From Patescibacteria group bacterium (GTDB lineage Bacteria; Patescibacteriota; Patescibacteriia; UBA10025; JAHIVO01), in the NCBI GenBank assembly GCA_041660605.1, contig JBAZWB010000003.1, positions 82,680 to 146,679 of the forward strand: DNA of 64,000 nt. The letters are read 5' to 3'. The notes under the pieces were generated by a model, which ran no database searches, was not told where the DNA came from, and worked only from the letters and a program-made list of their open reading frames with translations. Positions within the stretch are counted from its first letter, which is position 1. Each line of letters begins with the position of its first letter. The translations under genes were made by a program, and so were the position numbers. This document shows, one piece after another, positions 20,408-30,718 of the stretch.

Positions 20408-21553
20408 ATGGAAAGAACTCCAGCCCAGCAATCAATAGAATTGATTGAGAAAAGCAAGAATATAATTATTGCTCTGCCCAGCATTCCCTCGACTGACGCC
20501 GTCGCTGCCGGTTTGGGTTTGTTTTTAGCCCTGGAAAAAATCGGGAAAAAAGTAAAAGTAGTCTGTAGTGATTTCAGCCTCCCTCCTTCCCACCAGTTTC
20601 TGCCGAAGAGCAAGGAAATCCATACCGACCTGACGGTTTTGCGTAAATTTATAATCTCGCTTGATCTATCCAGGACCCGTGTCCAGGAATTGAGCTACAA
20701 TATCAGCCAGGACAGCAAACTGGATATTTTTATCACGCCAAAAGGCGGTTTTTTTGAAGAGAGAGACGTCACCACTTCCGCCTCGTCATATGAGTATGAT
20801 TTGATCGTAGTCCTGGATGCCCCGGAACTTGAGACGTTGGGGAAAGTATATGACGATAATACTGATTTTTTCTATCATACCCCCATCGTCAACATCGACC
20901 ACAATCCGGCCAATGAATATTTCGGAGAAATAAACGTCGTTGACCTGGTGGCCACTTCGACTTCAGAAATAGTTTTCGAATTATTCAGGGGCTTTAAGGA
21001 AAAATTATTGGATGAATATATCGCCACTAGCCTTTTGACCGGCATCATTTCCAAAACCAAAAGCTTCCAGAGCAACAACGTCACTCCGAAATCGCTGGCC
21101 ATCAGCAGCCATTTGATAGAAAATGGCGCCCGGCGGGACGATATCATAAAAAATTTGTACCGAACCAAATCTATCAACACTTTGAAGCTCTGGGGCAGGG
21201 CTTTAGCCAGGCTGAAAACCGATGCTGAAGGGCAGGTTGTCTGGACTTTGCTGAATAAGCAGGATTTCCAGAAGTCTGGCGCCGGCGCCAGTGATTTAGA
21301 GGGTGTGATTGACGAGCTGATCATCAATACGCCAAAAGCGGAAATTATCATGGTTATTTATGAAAGCAACCATGGAGTGGAAGTAATCGTCAATACGTCC
21401 AGAGCGATTGACGGCGCCGCGTTGTTCAAGGAGTTTCATCCCACTGGGACAAGAAATTTCACCAAATTCTTTATTGCCAATGCTGATCTGTTATCTGTTG
21501 AGCAGAGGGTGCTGATTATCGCCAAGGGGTATATGCAGGGTAAAATCAGCTAA
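20408..21553 (+). CDS. DHH/NrnA-like protein with degenerate motifs
   Basis: PSTDAV, VVLDA, NIDHN, STSEIV, GIISKT. Confidence 0.75.
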   Translation: MERTPAQQSIELIEKSKNIIIALPSIPSTDAVAAGLGLFLALEKIGKKVKVVCSDFSLPPSHQFLPKSKEIHTDLTVLRKFIISLDLSRTRVQELSYNISQDSKLDIFITPKGGFFEERDVTTSASSYEYDLIVVLDAPELETLGKVYDDNTDFFYHTPIVNIDHNPANEYFGEINVVDLVATSTSEIVFELFRGFKEKLLDEYIATSLLTGIISKTKSFQSNNVTPKSLAISSHLIENGARRDDIIKNLYRTKSINTLKLWGRALARLKTDAEGQVVWTLLNKQDFQKSGAGASDLEGVIDELIINTPKAEIIMVIYESNHGVEVIVNTSRAIDGAALFKEFHPTGTRNFTKFFIANADLLSVEQRVLIIAKGYMQGKIS

Positions 21554-21600
21554 ACAAAAAAAACGGTAAAAAAGCCCGATAAATGGGGCTTTTTGTTTTT

Positions 21601-21677
21601 ACCCACGCACCAGAACGCCATGGGCATAAACCCGTGGATGAATGGCTGCCCCGTAAATTTACGGGGCGGTGTGGGGT
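21601..21677. repeat. REP/MITE-like nested palindrome
   Basis: acccacgcacc...ggtgtggggt outer arms; perfect palindrome gccccgtaaatttacggggc at 21648-21667. Confidence 0.65.
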
Positions 21678-21704
21678 TCCACTAAATGGTCATTGTCTGA
21701 TATA

Positions 21705-23501
21705 ATGCCTGATATGGACGGTGATCAAGAAAAAATTTCAGGTAATGGCATTATCGGCCGGGCGCCCGGCTTGAATGATCGCATTCAAATCAGCTCGGAT
21801 GAAGTTGAGGAAAAATTGCACGAGAAGATGAAGGAGCTTGACGAGAAGAGGAAAGAAGAAGCGATCCGCAGCCAGGCAGCGCAAGCCGGAGCCAATTATA
21901 TCTTTTTAAAAGGTTTTCCGATTTCTCCGGAAGCCCTGATTATGATACGCGAGGAGCAAGCCAGCGAGCTGAAATTAGTGTGTTTTTTAAAAACTGACAA
22001 CGAATTTCGTTTAGGGACGGTCAACCCCTCCAACCCCAAGGTAATGGAGATATTGAGAGATCTGGAAAGAGATACCAAAAGCCACGGAGAAGTTTATCAG
22101 ATTTCCGAATTAAGCCTGGCGGCGGCCATGAAATTGTATGCCACCATACCGAAACTGCGAAAATATGAGGGCGGCGTGGAAATTACCGCGAGCGATCTGG
22201 AGCATTTTAAAAATGAGATACGCTCTTTCAGGGATTTGGGGGAGAAAATTCAGCATGTTTCCATGACTGACATGCTGGTCCTGGTGCTGGCCAGCGCCAT
22301 CAAGTCTGACGCCTCGGATGTGCATATTGAGGCGGAGCAGGATGACATCAAGATTCGTTTCCGCATTGACGGTTTTTTGCATGACGTGGCGGTCATAGAC
22401 AAAAAGCTGTGGCAGAAAATCATCAACCGCATAAAATTAACGGCCAAGCTCAAAATTAACATAGCTGATATTCCCCAGGATGGGCGTTTCAGCATTTATT
22501 TGAAAGAAGAATTCATAGACGTGCGTGTTTCCACGGTGCCAACCTCATACGGAGAAAGCGTAGTGATGAGGCTTTTGATGTCGTCAGCCACGGCTTTTAA
22601 TCTGGAAGATTTGGGGCTCACCGGGCTGGCTTATGAAAGGCTGAAGAAGGAAATTGAGCGTCCTAATGGCATGATTTTGAATACCGGCCCCACCGGTTCC
22701 GGCAAAACCACCACGCTTTACGCAGTTTTGAAAAAACTCAACAAGCCGGAATCAAAAGTCATCACTCTGGAAAATCCCATTGAGTACCGGTTAAAAGGCG
22801 TGATCCAGAGCCAGGTGGAAACCACCGATCTGGCAGAGGAAGGCAAGGAGTCCGCGGCTCTGACAGGCACCAGCGGCCGTAAGAGGCATTTTACCTACGC
22901 TATTGCCCTGAAATCCGTTTTGCGCCAGGATCCGGACGTGGTGATGATCGGAGAAATTCGCGACAAGGAGACGGCGGAAATCGCCATCCAGGCGTCATTA
23001 ACCGGCCATCTGATGCTCTCCACCCTGCACACAAATTCCGCCGCCGGCGCTATCCCCCGACTGCTGTCTATGGAAGCCAAGCCGTTTTTACTGGCTCCGT
23101 CGTTGAATATGGTTATCGGCCAGCGCTTAGTCCGCAAAAATTGCGAATACTGTAAAATAGAGTATAAAATTTCCGACGACATACGGGAGAGGATCATCAA
23201 AGTTTTGGATTCATTGCCGCCGGGCGAATTAGCGAAAGTTGATAAAAATAACATTAAATTATTCAAAGGCCAGGGCTGCGATAAATGCAATAAGATAGGC
23301 TATAAAGGGCGGCTTGGTATTTTTGAGATATTGACCATGAATGAAGACATCCAGAATTTAATTTTGGAGGGGCATATCGCGGAAACGCAAATCAAGGAAG
23401 CTGCCAAAAAAAATAACTTCATTACCATGGTGCAGGACGGGATAATGAAGGCGCTCCAAGGCAAGACCACCCCGGATGAAGTGTTCAGGGTGATTGAATA
23501 G
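21705..23501 (+). CDS. GspE/PilB-family type IV pilus assembly ATPase
   Basis: ASDVHIE, PQDGR, GPTGSGKTT, LRQDPDVVMIGEIRD, TLHTN, CxxC...CxxC. Confidence 0.92.
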   Translation: MPDMDGDQEKISGNGIIGRAPGLNDRIQISSDEVEEKLHEKMKELDEKRKEEAIRSQAAQAGANYIFLKGFPISPEALIMIREEQASELKLVCFLKTDNEFRLGTVNPSNPKVMEILRDLERDTKSHGEVYQISELSLAAAMKLYATIPKLRKYEGGVEITASDLEHFKNEIRSFRDLGEKIQHVSMTDMLVLVLASAIKSDASDVHIEAEQDDIKIRFRIDGFLHDVAVIDKKLWQKIINRIKLTAKLKINIADIPQDGRFSIYLKEEFIDVRVSTVPTSYGESVVMRLLMSSATAFNLEDLGLTGLAYERLKKEIERPNGMILNTGPTGSGKTTTLYAVLKKLNKPESKVITLENPIEYRLKGVIQSQVETTDLAEEGKESAALTGTSGRKRHFTYAIALKSVLRQDPDVVMIGEIRDKETAEIAIQASLTGHLMLSTLHTNSAAGAIPRLLSMEAKPFLLAPSLNMVIGQRLVRKNCEYCKIEYKISDDIRERIIKVLDSLPPGELAKVDKNNIKLFKGQGCDKCNKIGYKGRLGIFEILTMNEDIQNLILEGHIAETQIKEAAKKNNFITMVQDGIMKALQGKTTPDEVFRVIE

Positions 23502-23569
23502 AGAATTGCGAGCTATAAACCTTTAACCAAGAGCTATTATGTTATTCAATTTACAATTAATTCAATAAT

Positions 23570-23794
23570 ATGAGGGCAGAGACAGGGTTTGATCCGGAAC
23601 AACTTGAAAAGATTAAAAGAATGGCTGCGCCAGCCGCGGCTAGAGCAACTGAAGCTAGGCAAATGAAGAAAGGGGAAAATATTGAAATACGTGCAGAAAG
23701 TCGACGCCAGAGAGATTTTCGTAAAAGTTCGCCATATTCCAGTTCAGACGTTAGAATAGCTAACCAAGCTAAATACAGAAGAACAGTCCATTAA
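23570..23794 (+). CDS. Small basic hypothetical protein
   Basis: 74-aa ORF filling the gap between the PilB-like gene and valS. Confidence 0.45.
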   Translation: MRAETGFDPEQLEKIKRMAAPAAARATEARQMKKGENIEIRAESRRQRDFRKSSPYSSSDVRIANQAKYRRTVH

Positions 23795-23814
23795 GTGAAG
23801 TTTAAAACCGTGGC

Positions 23815-26334
23815 TTAGAGCAGCTTTTTCAGCCGTTCTTTCTGCTCTTTCAGTTTTTCCTGCTCTTTGGCGACTATCTCTTTCGGCGCTTTATCAGTGA
23901 AATTTTTATTGGCCAGTTTTTGCTCCAGCTGCTGGATGTATTGGGAGATTTTTTCAATCTCTTTTTTGATTTTTTTATCGTCGTGCCGGTAATCAATGAA
24001 GTAATCAAGGCCGGACAGGGAGCCGGTGGCTTTCAGCTGTTTTTTGTTTTCCAGATTTTCAATTCTGGCCAGTGATTTCACAATTTCTAAGTTTTTACTA
24101 ACCAAACCGGCCCGTTCCCCCCAGAAATAAGCAGAGATTTTTTCAGAGAGCGCGATTTTGTGTTCCGCCCGGAAATTTCTAGCGCCAATTATAAAATCTT
24201 TAAGCGAAGTAAATTCTTTTTCTGCCTCTGGATCAGCAAAAGTTTTTTCGTAAGTCGGCCACGGCTGGATAATCAGCATTTTTGATTTTTCCGTGCCATG
24301 CCAACGAGACCAAATTTCTTCCGTGACGAATGGCATGAAAGGATGCGCCAGTTTAATGACCGTTTCCAGGACATAATGCAGGATGGAGGTATTCTGTTTT
24401 ATTTTGGTGGCTTCCAGGTACCAATCGGCAAATTCGTGCCATAAAAATTCGTAGATCAGCGTGCCGGCTTCCGAGAACTGATAGCCGTCCAGATATTCCG
24501 TGGCCTGTTTGGTGACAGTCTGCAAGCGGCTTAATATCCACTGATCAGCCAGGTTTTTAGCAGTCGGTTCTTTGACCGGACCGGCGGCCTGAGAGAGTAT
24601 ATAGCGTGAAACATTCCAAAGTTTGTTGATAAAATTGCGATAGCCGGCGATCTTCTCTTCGTAAAGGCGGAAATCCTGGCCAGGCGACGTGCCCAATACT
24701 AGCGACAAGCGGATAGCATCCGTACCGTATTTTTCCGTCATAGGGATCGGATCGACGCCAGTGCCTTTTGATTTGGACATTTTTTTGCCCTGCCTGTCGA
24801 GAACCAAGCCGTGCAAATACACTGTTTTGAAGGGTACCTGCCCGGTGTGATACAAGCTCATCATGATCATGCGCGCTACCCAGAAAAAGAGGATGTCCCA
24901 GCTGGTTTCCATGACCGAAGTGGGATGGAAGGTTTTGAAGTCTTTGGTTTTTTCCGGCCAGCCCAGGGTGGAAAAAGTCCACAAGCCGGAGGAAAACCAG
25001 GTATCCAGAGTGTCAGGGTCCTGCGTCCAGCCTTCGCCGGGCTTATCAACCGAAGCCTTTATTTTATCGTCTTTATACCAGACCGGTATCTGATGCCCCC
25101 ACCAAAGCTGGCGGGAGATGCACCAGTCTTTTATATTATTCATCCAGTGAAAGTAAATTTTTTCATATCTCTGCGGAATGATTTTAATTTTACCGCTGGT
25201 GACGGCTTTGATGGCCGGCTTGGCCAGTTTTTTTATATCCACAAACCACTGTTTGGAGATCAGGGGTTCTATCGGCGTGCCGCATCTTTCGCACCTGGCC
25301 AGGTTGTGTATATAATCTACGGTGTTATCCAAGAGCTCATCTTCCTCCAGCCGTTTCAGAATGCTGTGGCGGGCCTCCTGTACGCTTTGGCCATAAAATT
25401 CTCCGGCTTGTTTGGTCAGGCGGTTGTCAGGCCCGATAATATTTATTATGGCTAGCTTGTGATCCTGGGCGATTTCATAATCAAGATGGTCGTGTGCCGG
25501 AGTAACCTTCACTGCTCCGGTACCGAAAGACTGGTCAACGCGCCGGTCGGCGATGATGGGTATTTCCCGGTTCATAATCGGCAATAAAACAGTTTTACCG
25601 ATGTATTTTTCGTAACGCTTATCATTTGGATTGACCGCCACGGCTGTGTCGCCCAGCATGGTCTCCGGCCGGGTTGTCGCCACCACCAGGTATTTAGTGC
25701 TGCCAAAAAGCGGGTAGCGCAGATACCACAGCTTGCTGGAAGTTTCCTGGTGTTTAACCTCGAGATCAGAAAGGGCGGAAGCGCAGCGCGGACACCAATT
25801 GACTATCCTCTGGCCGCGGTAGATCAGCTTGTCTTTGAACATTTTTATAAAAGCCTCCTGCACCGCCTTGGTCAGCGTGGCGTCCATGGTGAAGTGCTCG
25901 CGCGACCAGTCGCAGGAAGCGCCGATTTGCCTGGTCTGCTCGGTAATGCGAGAACCGTATTTCTTTTTCCACTGCCAGACGCGCTGGAGGAATTTATCCC
26001 GCCCCAGCTTGTGCCGGTCCAGGCCTTCTTTGGTAATCAGCCGCTCAACCATGACCTGGGTGGAGATGCCGGCATGGTCGGTGCCCGGCAGCCAGAGCGT
26101 TTTGTCCCCTAGCATCCGGTGGTAGCGGGTGAGAATGTCTTGGACAGTGAAACCGACTGCGTGTCCGAGGTGCAGCTCGCCGGTGACATTTGATGGCGGC
26201 ATGGAAATACTGAAAACTTTTTTGCGCTTGCCCGGCAGGTTATTGGGATTAAAATAGCCGGATTTTTCCCAGGCCTGGTAAATCCTTTTTTCGATGTTTT
26301 GCGGTTGATAGGCTTTTTCCAGTTCTTTCTTCAT
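23815..26334 (-). CDS. valS: Valyl-tRNA synthetase
   Basis: HLGH, GTDHAG, WCISRQLWWGH, DTWFSS, KMSKS, C-terminal coiled coil. Confidence 0.97.
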   Translation of the reverse strand: MKKELEKAYQPQNIEKRIYQAWEKSGYFNPNNLPGKRKKVFSISMPPSNVTGELHLGHAVGFTVQDILTRYHRMLGDKTLWLPGTDHAGISTQVMVERLITKEGLDRHKLGRDKFLQRVWQWKKKYGSRITEQTRQIGASCDWSREHFTMDATLTKAVQEAFIKMFKDKLIYRGQRIVNWCPRCASALSDLEVKHQETSSKLWYLRYPLFGSTKYLVVATTRPETMLGDTAVAVNPNDKRYEKYIGKTVLLPIMNREIPIIADRRVDQSFGTGAVKVTPAHDHLDYEIAQDHKLAIINIIGPDNRLTKQAGEFYGQSVQEARHSILKRLEEDELLDNTVDYIHNLARCERCGTPIEPLISKQWFVDIKKLAKPAIKAVTSGKIKIIPQRYEKIYFHWMNNIKDWCISRQLWWGHQIPVWYKDDKIKASVDKPGEGWTQDPDTLDTWFSSGLWTFSTLGWPEKTKDFKTFHPTSVMETSWDILFFWVARMIMMSLYHTGQVPFKTVYLHGLVLDRQGKKMSKSKGTGVDPIPMTEKYGTDAIRLSLVLGTSPGQDFRLYEEKIAGYRNFINKLWNVSRYILSQAAGPVKEPTAKNLADQWILSRLQTVTKQATEYLDGYQFSEAGTLIYEFLWHEFADWYLEATKIKQNTSILHYVLETVIKLAHPFMPFVTEEIWSRWHGTEKSKMLIIQPWPTYEKTFADPEAEKEFTSLKDFIIGARNFRAEHKIALSEKISAYFWGERAGLVSKNLEIVKSLARIENLENKKQLKATGSLSGLDYFIDYRHDDKKIKKEIEKISQYIQQLEQKLANKNFTDKAPKEIVAKEQEKLKEQKERLKKLL

Positions 26335-26594
26335 AATTTAATAATTGTAGCTGATTAAACGGTTTTTTCCCAGTGCTTGGCGCCGGTAGTGATAATCATT
26401 TAGCTCAATAATACATTTTAATTATACTGCTCGTTCATTGGTTTGGAAAGTTAAACTGGAAGGTAATAATATGACTTGAAATAAACTAACCATCCTGGTT
26501 GAGATTTGTAGAGTTGACAAATTTGCCAATAATAGATAAGTTAGGATAAAGTAATTGTTTTGGAAAATAGAAACTTTCACTTACGGAGGGTAAG

Positions 26595-27140
26595 ATGGAA
26601 CCTATTAGAAGTATTGTGGTATCTGGCGAAGAGGTTGCTTTTCCAGAGGTCGGGGCAATGCCCAAAGCGCCGGAAATCAAGGTTTTACCGGGTGAGTATC
26701 CGGCAGAGGTCATTGCCAATCCTGGGGGCAAACAGTTACAGCCATTCGTCATTATCAATGTGGCCGGCAAAAAGCTGGGCATGACTGAGGCAGGATGGAT
26801 GACGCGAGCCAACAGGCCGGGGGCGGGGTTCTCATTGACCCTGCCTAATATTACTTCCATTGGGATCCTCAAGGCTGAAATTGCGTTGCCGGTGGTTAGG
26901 TGGGTACTAGCTAGCGGAGAGGCAAAGAAGGACGCTGCGGTTGTGTTTTGCCCGCGGGAAGCCGCCTATACAGCGATTTACGAAAGCGACCCAGGCGGAG
27001 CAGAAAAGCCTCAGCTGGTTACCATAGAAGACTTAGTAACCAGCGCCGATAAACCTAACGAGCGGGTGACCGTCGGCATGACCGCCCTAGAGTGGTTCTT
27101 GCGCGCCAGAGGCAATCCCAAAATTCTCTTAGCATACTAA
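26595..27140 (+). CDS. Hypothetical protein with internal duplication
   Basis: SD GGAGG; upstream TTGACA; terminator at 27174-27202. Confidence 0.7.
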   Translation: MEPIRSIVVSGEEVAFPEVGAMPKAPEIKVLPGEYPAEVIANPGGKQLQPFVIINVAGKKLGMTEAGWMTRANRPGAGFSLTLPNITSIGILKAEIALPVVRWVLASGEAKKDAAVVFCPREAAYTAIYESDPGGAEKPQLVTIEDLVTSADKPNERVTVGMTALEWFLRARGNPKILLAY

Positions 27141-27297
27141 GTATCCGAAAACAGCTTATATCAAGCTGTCCAGAGCCGTGAGGTTTACCCCGCGGCTTTT
27201 TTATAAGCAAGGTTGTTTTGCTTGATTTATTTTATATTATAGTTTAGGATATTTAGAAGTGAAAATAATGAAAAAAGTGCATTAAAGAGGACGTTTA

Positions 27298-27516
27298 ATG
27301 GACATAAGACCAAACGACGATCAGAATCCCGCTGCCGATGATATGACTGCAGAACAGGCAAGCTGTGAGCATGAGGGGATTAATCACTGCGGAAAGTGCG
27401 GCTTTCATATGAGCGACAAAGTTCTGCCAGGAAGGCAACACGAAGCCACCGGGCATCCTATTATGAAAGCACAAGGGAAGAAGTTTTGCACCATTTGCGG
27501 CAAGCCGCTCAACTAA
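27298..27516 (+). CDS. Small zinc-ribbon protein
   Basis: HCGKCG and FCTICGKPL; SD GAGG; terminator at 27537-27573. Confidence 0.7.
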   Translation: MDIRPNDDQNPAADDMTAEQASCEHEGINHCGKCGFHMSDKVLPGRQHEATGHPIMKAQGKKFCTICGKPLN

Positions 27517-27702
27517 ACGGAGGATGAACATTCAGACGGCTCACGATTCAATGAATCGCGAGCCGCTTTTTTTATTTGAATATTTATTTTCGTCTGTCCC
27601 GCCCCAGAATAAATGAGGTAAAAAAATTTCCCCAGGAATCCGTAGCAGGACCCCTGGGGTGATTTTATTGTGTTAACTTATTAATACGAAAGAACGTGCT
27701 GT

Positions 27703-28977
27703 CTAGCCCTTAAGCCAGTCTGCCCAACCTTCTTCAGTCGGAGGCTGGCGCAGAATACTCCTGATGATCTGCAAGACGGTCTCCACGCTCAAGCAAGTCA
27801 CCGGGACGTTTGGCAGGGTAAACGATCCGTTCGCGAGCATAGTCGGCGTATGCCCGTTGGTCTGGTAGAACCAGGCCGGACAACCTGCCAGCAGGCCGGC
27901 TTTTGCCAACTGTTCAAAGCTGAAATCAGCCTGAGCGCCAGCCGAATGCATTTCCTCCAGACGGATAGCCCGCGTGATCATCTGCATGTAGCGCGGATCC
28001 AGCTGGCTCATGCCGATGATTTGAATGTGTCCGGTCGCGCGCTGGACGACCAATAAATCCAAGTTCAGATCCAGATAGCGAGCGGCTGCTGTCAGACAGC
28101 GGTTGTTCATCGGATTTCTCTGGCTATCAACGGCCAGGACGGTGATGTCGCCGTCAGGTAAAAACTGATGGCAGCCAGTTGTTCTCGGAGTTAGCTTCTT
28201 GAGAATGTTGACTGCCGCCACAAAGTCCTGCTGGTGCCGGACAGCGGCGTTAAACACCGGCGCGATCCAGTTATACGCCGCTTCCTGGCCGTTAGCGGAA
28301 GTAGCGCACAGAAGGGCCACGCCTTCAGCGAGGTTCAGGATTCTTGACGGCTGAGACTGTCCAGCCGCATTGACCATGCGCTTCAGCTGGTCCAGAGCGG
28401 CCAGTTCGGGCGTTTTTTCCCTTAACCACCTATGATACAGGGAATCAAGAATGCGGGCACCCCGGTCAATTATAGGGAAGACCAGACCGGTTTCCTGATG
28501 GCCGCTGGCTGGCTGATGAGGTCGGATAGTCAGCTCCGGATTGAAAAAGGCGTCAAAGAAGACGTTCAACCAGGACTCTATCTGCCAAGGTTCCCAGCCG
28601 ACATGCGTCAGCAGATACACGCAGTGCCCGAGGTTAAGCGGCGAAGACTTGCCGGTAGTGGCGGTATTGGCCAGGTCTACCAGCATCTTCACCTTGCGGT
28701 TTGAACTAGTGTCAGTGAGGTCGGCAATGGTCGCAGCCACGGGCTGTCCTACGTTTTCCTCGCCGATGCCCAGCCACAACTGTCCGTAGTGCCGGAAGTA
28801 GAGTGAAGTACTCATTTTTTGTGGCCGACTGCCGTCGCGCGGGGCGATCAGCGCCGTCTTAATTCCCGGCCAAATGCCATCACCAAAACGGCGGGCAATT
28901 TCTAAGCCGAGGTAATCATCAATCCTCGGTTCAGTAAAAGTCACCACTTTTTTGGCTATCGTGTTTTGCAAAGTCAT
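27703..28977 (-). CDS. Hypothetical protein, distant MYG1/DHH-like
   Basis: N-terminal VVTFTEPRIDDYLGLEIARRFG; C-terminal GHIQI and LANGSFT; SD AAGGAG. Confidence 0.65.
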   Translation of the reverse strand: MTLQNTIAKKVVTFTEPRIDDYLGLEIARRFGDGIWPGIKTALIAPRDGSRPQKMSTSLYFRHYGQLWLGIGEENVGQPVAATIADLTDTSSNRKVKMLVDLANTATTGKSSPLNLGHCVYLLTHVGWEPWQIESWLNVFFDAFFNPELTIRPHQPASGHQETGLVFPIIDRGARILDSLYHRWLREKTPELAALDQLKRMVNAAGQSQPSRILNLAEGVALLCATSANGQEAAYNWIAPVFNAAVRHQQDFVAAVNILKKLTPRTTGCHQFLPDGDITVLAVDSQRNPMNNRCLTAAARYLDLNLDLLVVQRATGHIQIIGMSQLDPRYMQMITRAIRLEEMHSAGAQADFSFEQLAKAGLLAGCPAWFYQTNGHTPTMLANGSFTLPNVPVTCLSVETVLQIIRSILRQPPTEEGWADWLKG

Positions 28978-29340
28978 ACGCCTCTCCTTGCGTTTGACGT
29001 TTCCGGTTTCCCAGTGCAAACTCAACTATGTTTTATCATAGCTAAGCCACTGGCGTTCTTTGGCTACATCCACTTTTTTTAATGAGCAGGGTAGCCAGCT
29101 AGACTATCATACTTTTGGCTGACTGTCAAGGCCTAATCTGAATAAGGATCAGTAATGTTGTTGTTTTGCTCTTTTTGCGTATGGTGTTGGATTTTTAATA
29201 TCATGCTGATGGGCGAGACGGTTGTTTTCTGGGGTACTAAGAGATAGCGCAACTAATAAGAGCGCCAGGAATATTGGCGCTTCATTTTTTATTATCCTTT
29301 GCAGTGTTTTTGATTATTTATGCTAACAGGAGCTTTTTAT

Positions 29341-30102
29341 TTAGATCGTTAGTTTCAATCCATCCCGCCCCATTATAAAACCTTTATTTGTACGACAGAA
29401 TTTTTTAGCATAAGCTAGAAGCCGCGGCTGTACGTGCACCAGCAGTGTTTTTTTCGCCTGTGCCTGACTAGCCACCGTTTTTACCTGTTGGAGAGTGAAG
29501 TGGTTAGCCGTTGGTTGGATAGAAGCACCCTCAATAATCAGCAGATCGGTTTCTTTTACTTCTTTAATTAATTCCGTGATGTTTTGCCGCGAACCCAGGT
29601 CTCCGGTATAGACAATTTTTTTACCACCCAGCGTGAGTGTGGCGCCGACAGAGGGAAACCACCTGACATGCCTGACCGGAAAGGCTTTGAGTGCCAGTTT
29701 GTTAAACTTAAAATTGCCCGAGCCCTCTTTAAATGTCAAAGGGTAAAATTCTTCCGGTTCCGGCCAAAAAATTTTGCGCCACTGCCTGTATCTTTTATTA
29801 ATGCCCCGCGGGCCGACAAACAGCAGTTTTTTATGTTTCCGATGGCGGTAGGCGTCATCCACCCAGCGGCTGTGCACCAGACTGAAAGCATCGCCGAAAT
29901 GGTCGGTGTGGAAGTGGGAAATGAAAACAACATCAATATCCTGGATATTATACCCGGTATCGGTTAAGCGTCGGATAGTGCCGTGCCCGGCGTCAAGCAG
30001 GATTTTTTTATTTGCCGTTTCCACCAGGAAGCCGGCCGGGTTACTGGTTTTAGTCGGCACCATAGTGCCGCAGCCGAGAATGGTGAGTTTTATCTTTGGC
30101 AT
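29341..30102 (-). CDS. MBL-fold metallohydrolase (RNase Z/BN-like)
   Basis: ILGCGT, LDAG, SHFHTDH, YTGD, VH. Confidence 0.85.
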   Translation of the reverse strand: MPKIKLTILGCGTMVPTKTSNPAGFLVETANKKILLDAGHGTIRRLTDTGYNIQDIDVVFISHFHTDHFGDAFSLVHSRWVDDAYRHRKHKKLLFVGPRGINKRYRQWRKIFWPEPEEFYPLTFKEGSGNFKFNKLALKAFPVRHVRWFPSVGATLTLGGKKIVYTGDLGSRQNITELIKEVKETDLLIIEGASIQPTANHFTLQQVKTVASQAQAKKTLLVHVQPRLLAYAKKFCRTNKGFIMGRDGLKLTI

Positions 30103-30261
30103 AGGTTTGTAGTTGAAGTGAATTGCTTCCCGTATGTTCAAGTATTGTAATTATACCTTTTCAAAAATGTTATTAAAAGTGATGCGTATTAATTTGACTA
30201 GAACGAGAATGTAGCCTAAAATAAGCGCAGCAAAATAACACAAAAGCCCAGGAGGTTAATA

Positions 30262-30675
30262 ATGTACATTTCTAGCATTGGTGAAATCACTAATGATGTA
30301 ATCACTGAGTTGGACCGGGCAATATTAAGATTGCAAGCACAATTGATTGCCAAGGGTTCACAGCGCATTGAGGAAGTGCGCAAAGAATTACGCGCGCAGG
30401 CGCAGGTTGCTATTAACCTGGATGAATTGCGCGATTCAAAGGGCAGTATGTTTGTTATGCCCGGTCAAAGGAACAGTGACGGGTATATGGAAGCCACTTC
30501 ACAGAATCAAGAGAAAGCGTATCGCTGTCCGTCAGGATGTGGCTGGGTTAAAGGCGCTCCTGAGAAGCAGCCATATGATGATTTTCACGGCGGAACCTGC
30601 GGATCGTCAGGCGTAGAATACTCTTGCGTTATTTGCCAGCAGAAAATTGGGCGAAAGGTTCTTGTACAATCATAA
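30262..30675 (+). CDS. Hypothetical protein, coiled coil plus C-terminal Cys cluster
   Basis: SD AGGAGG; CPSGCGW...CGSSG..YSCVIC. Confidence 0.7.
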   Translation: MYISSIGEITNDVITELDRAILRLQAQLIAKGSQRIEEVRKELRAQAQVAINLDELRDSKGSMFVMPGQRNSDGYMEATSQNQEKAYRCPSGCGWVKGAPEKQPYDDFHGGTCGSSGVEYSCVICQQKIGRKVLVQS

Positions 30676-30718
30676 GAGAAAAATGGGCAACCAGTCGGGT
30701 AGCAATACTCGACTTTTT

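Noticed and set aside
24353-26125. Long antisense/overlapping ORFs within valS, and similar ones in GH57, SpoIID and TPM genes
   Set aside because: Shadow frames of well-supported genes with no independent motifs
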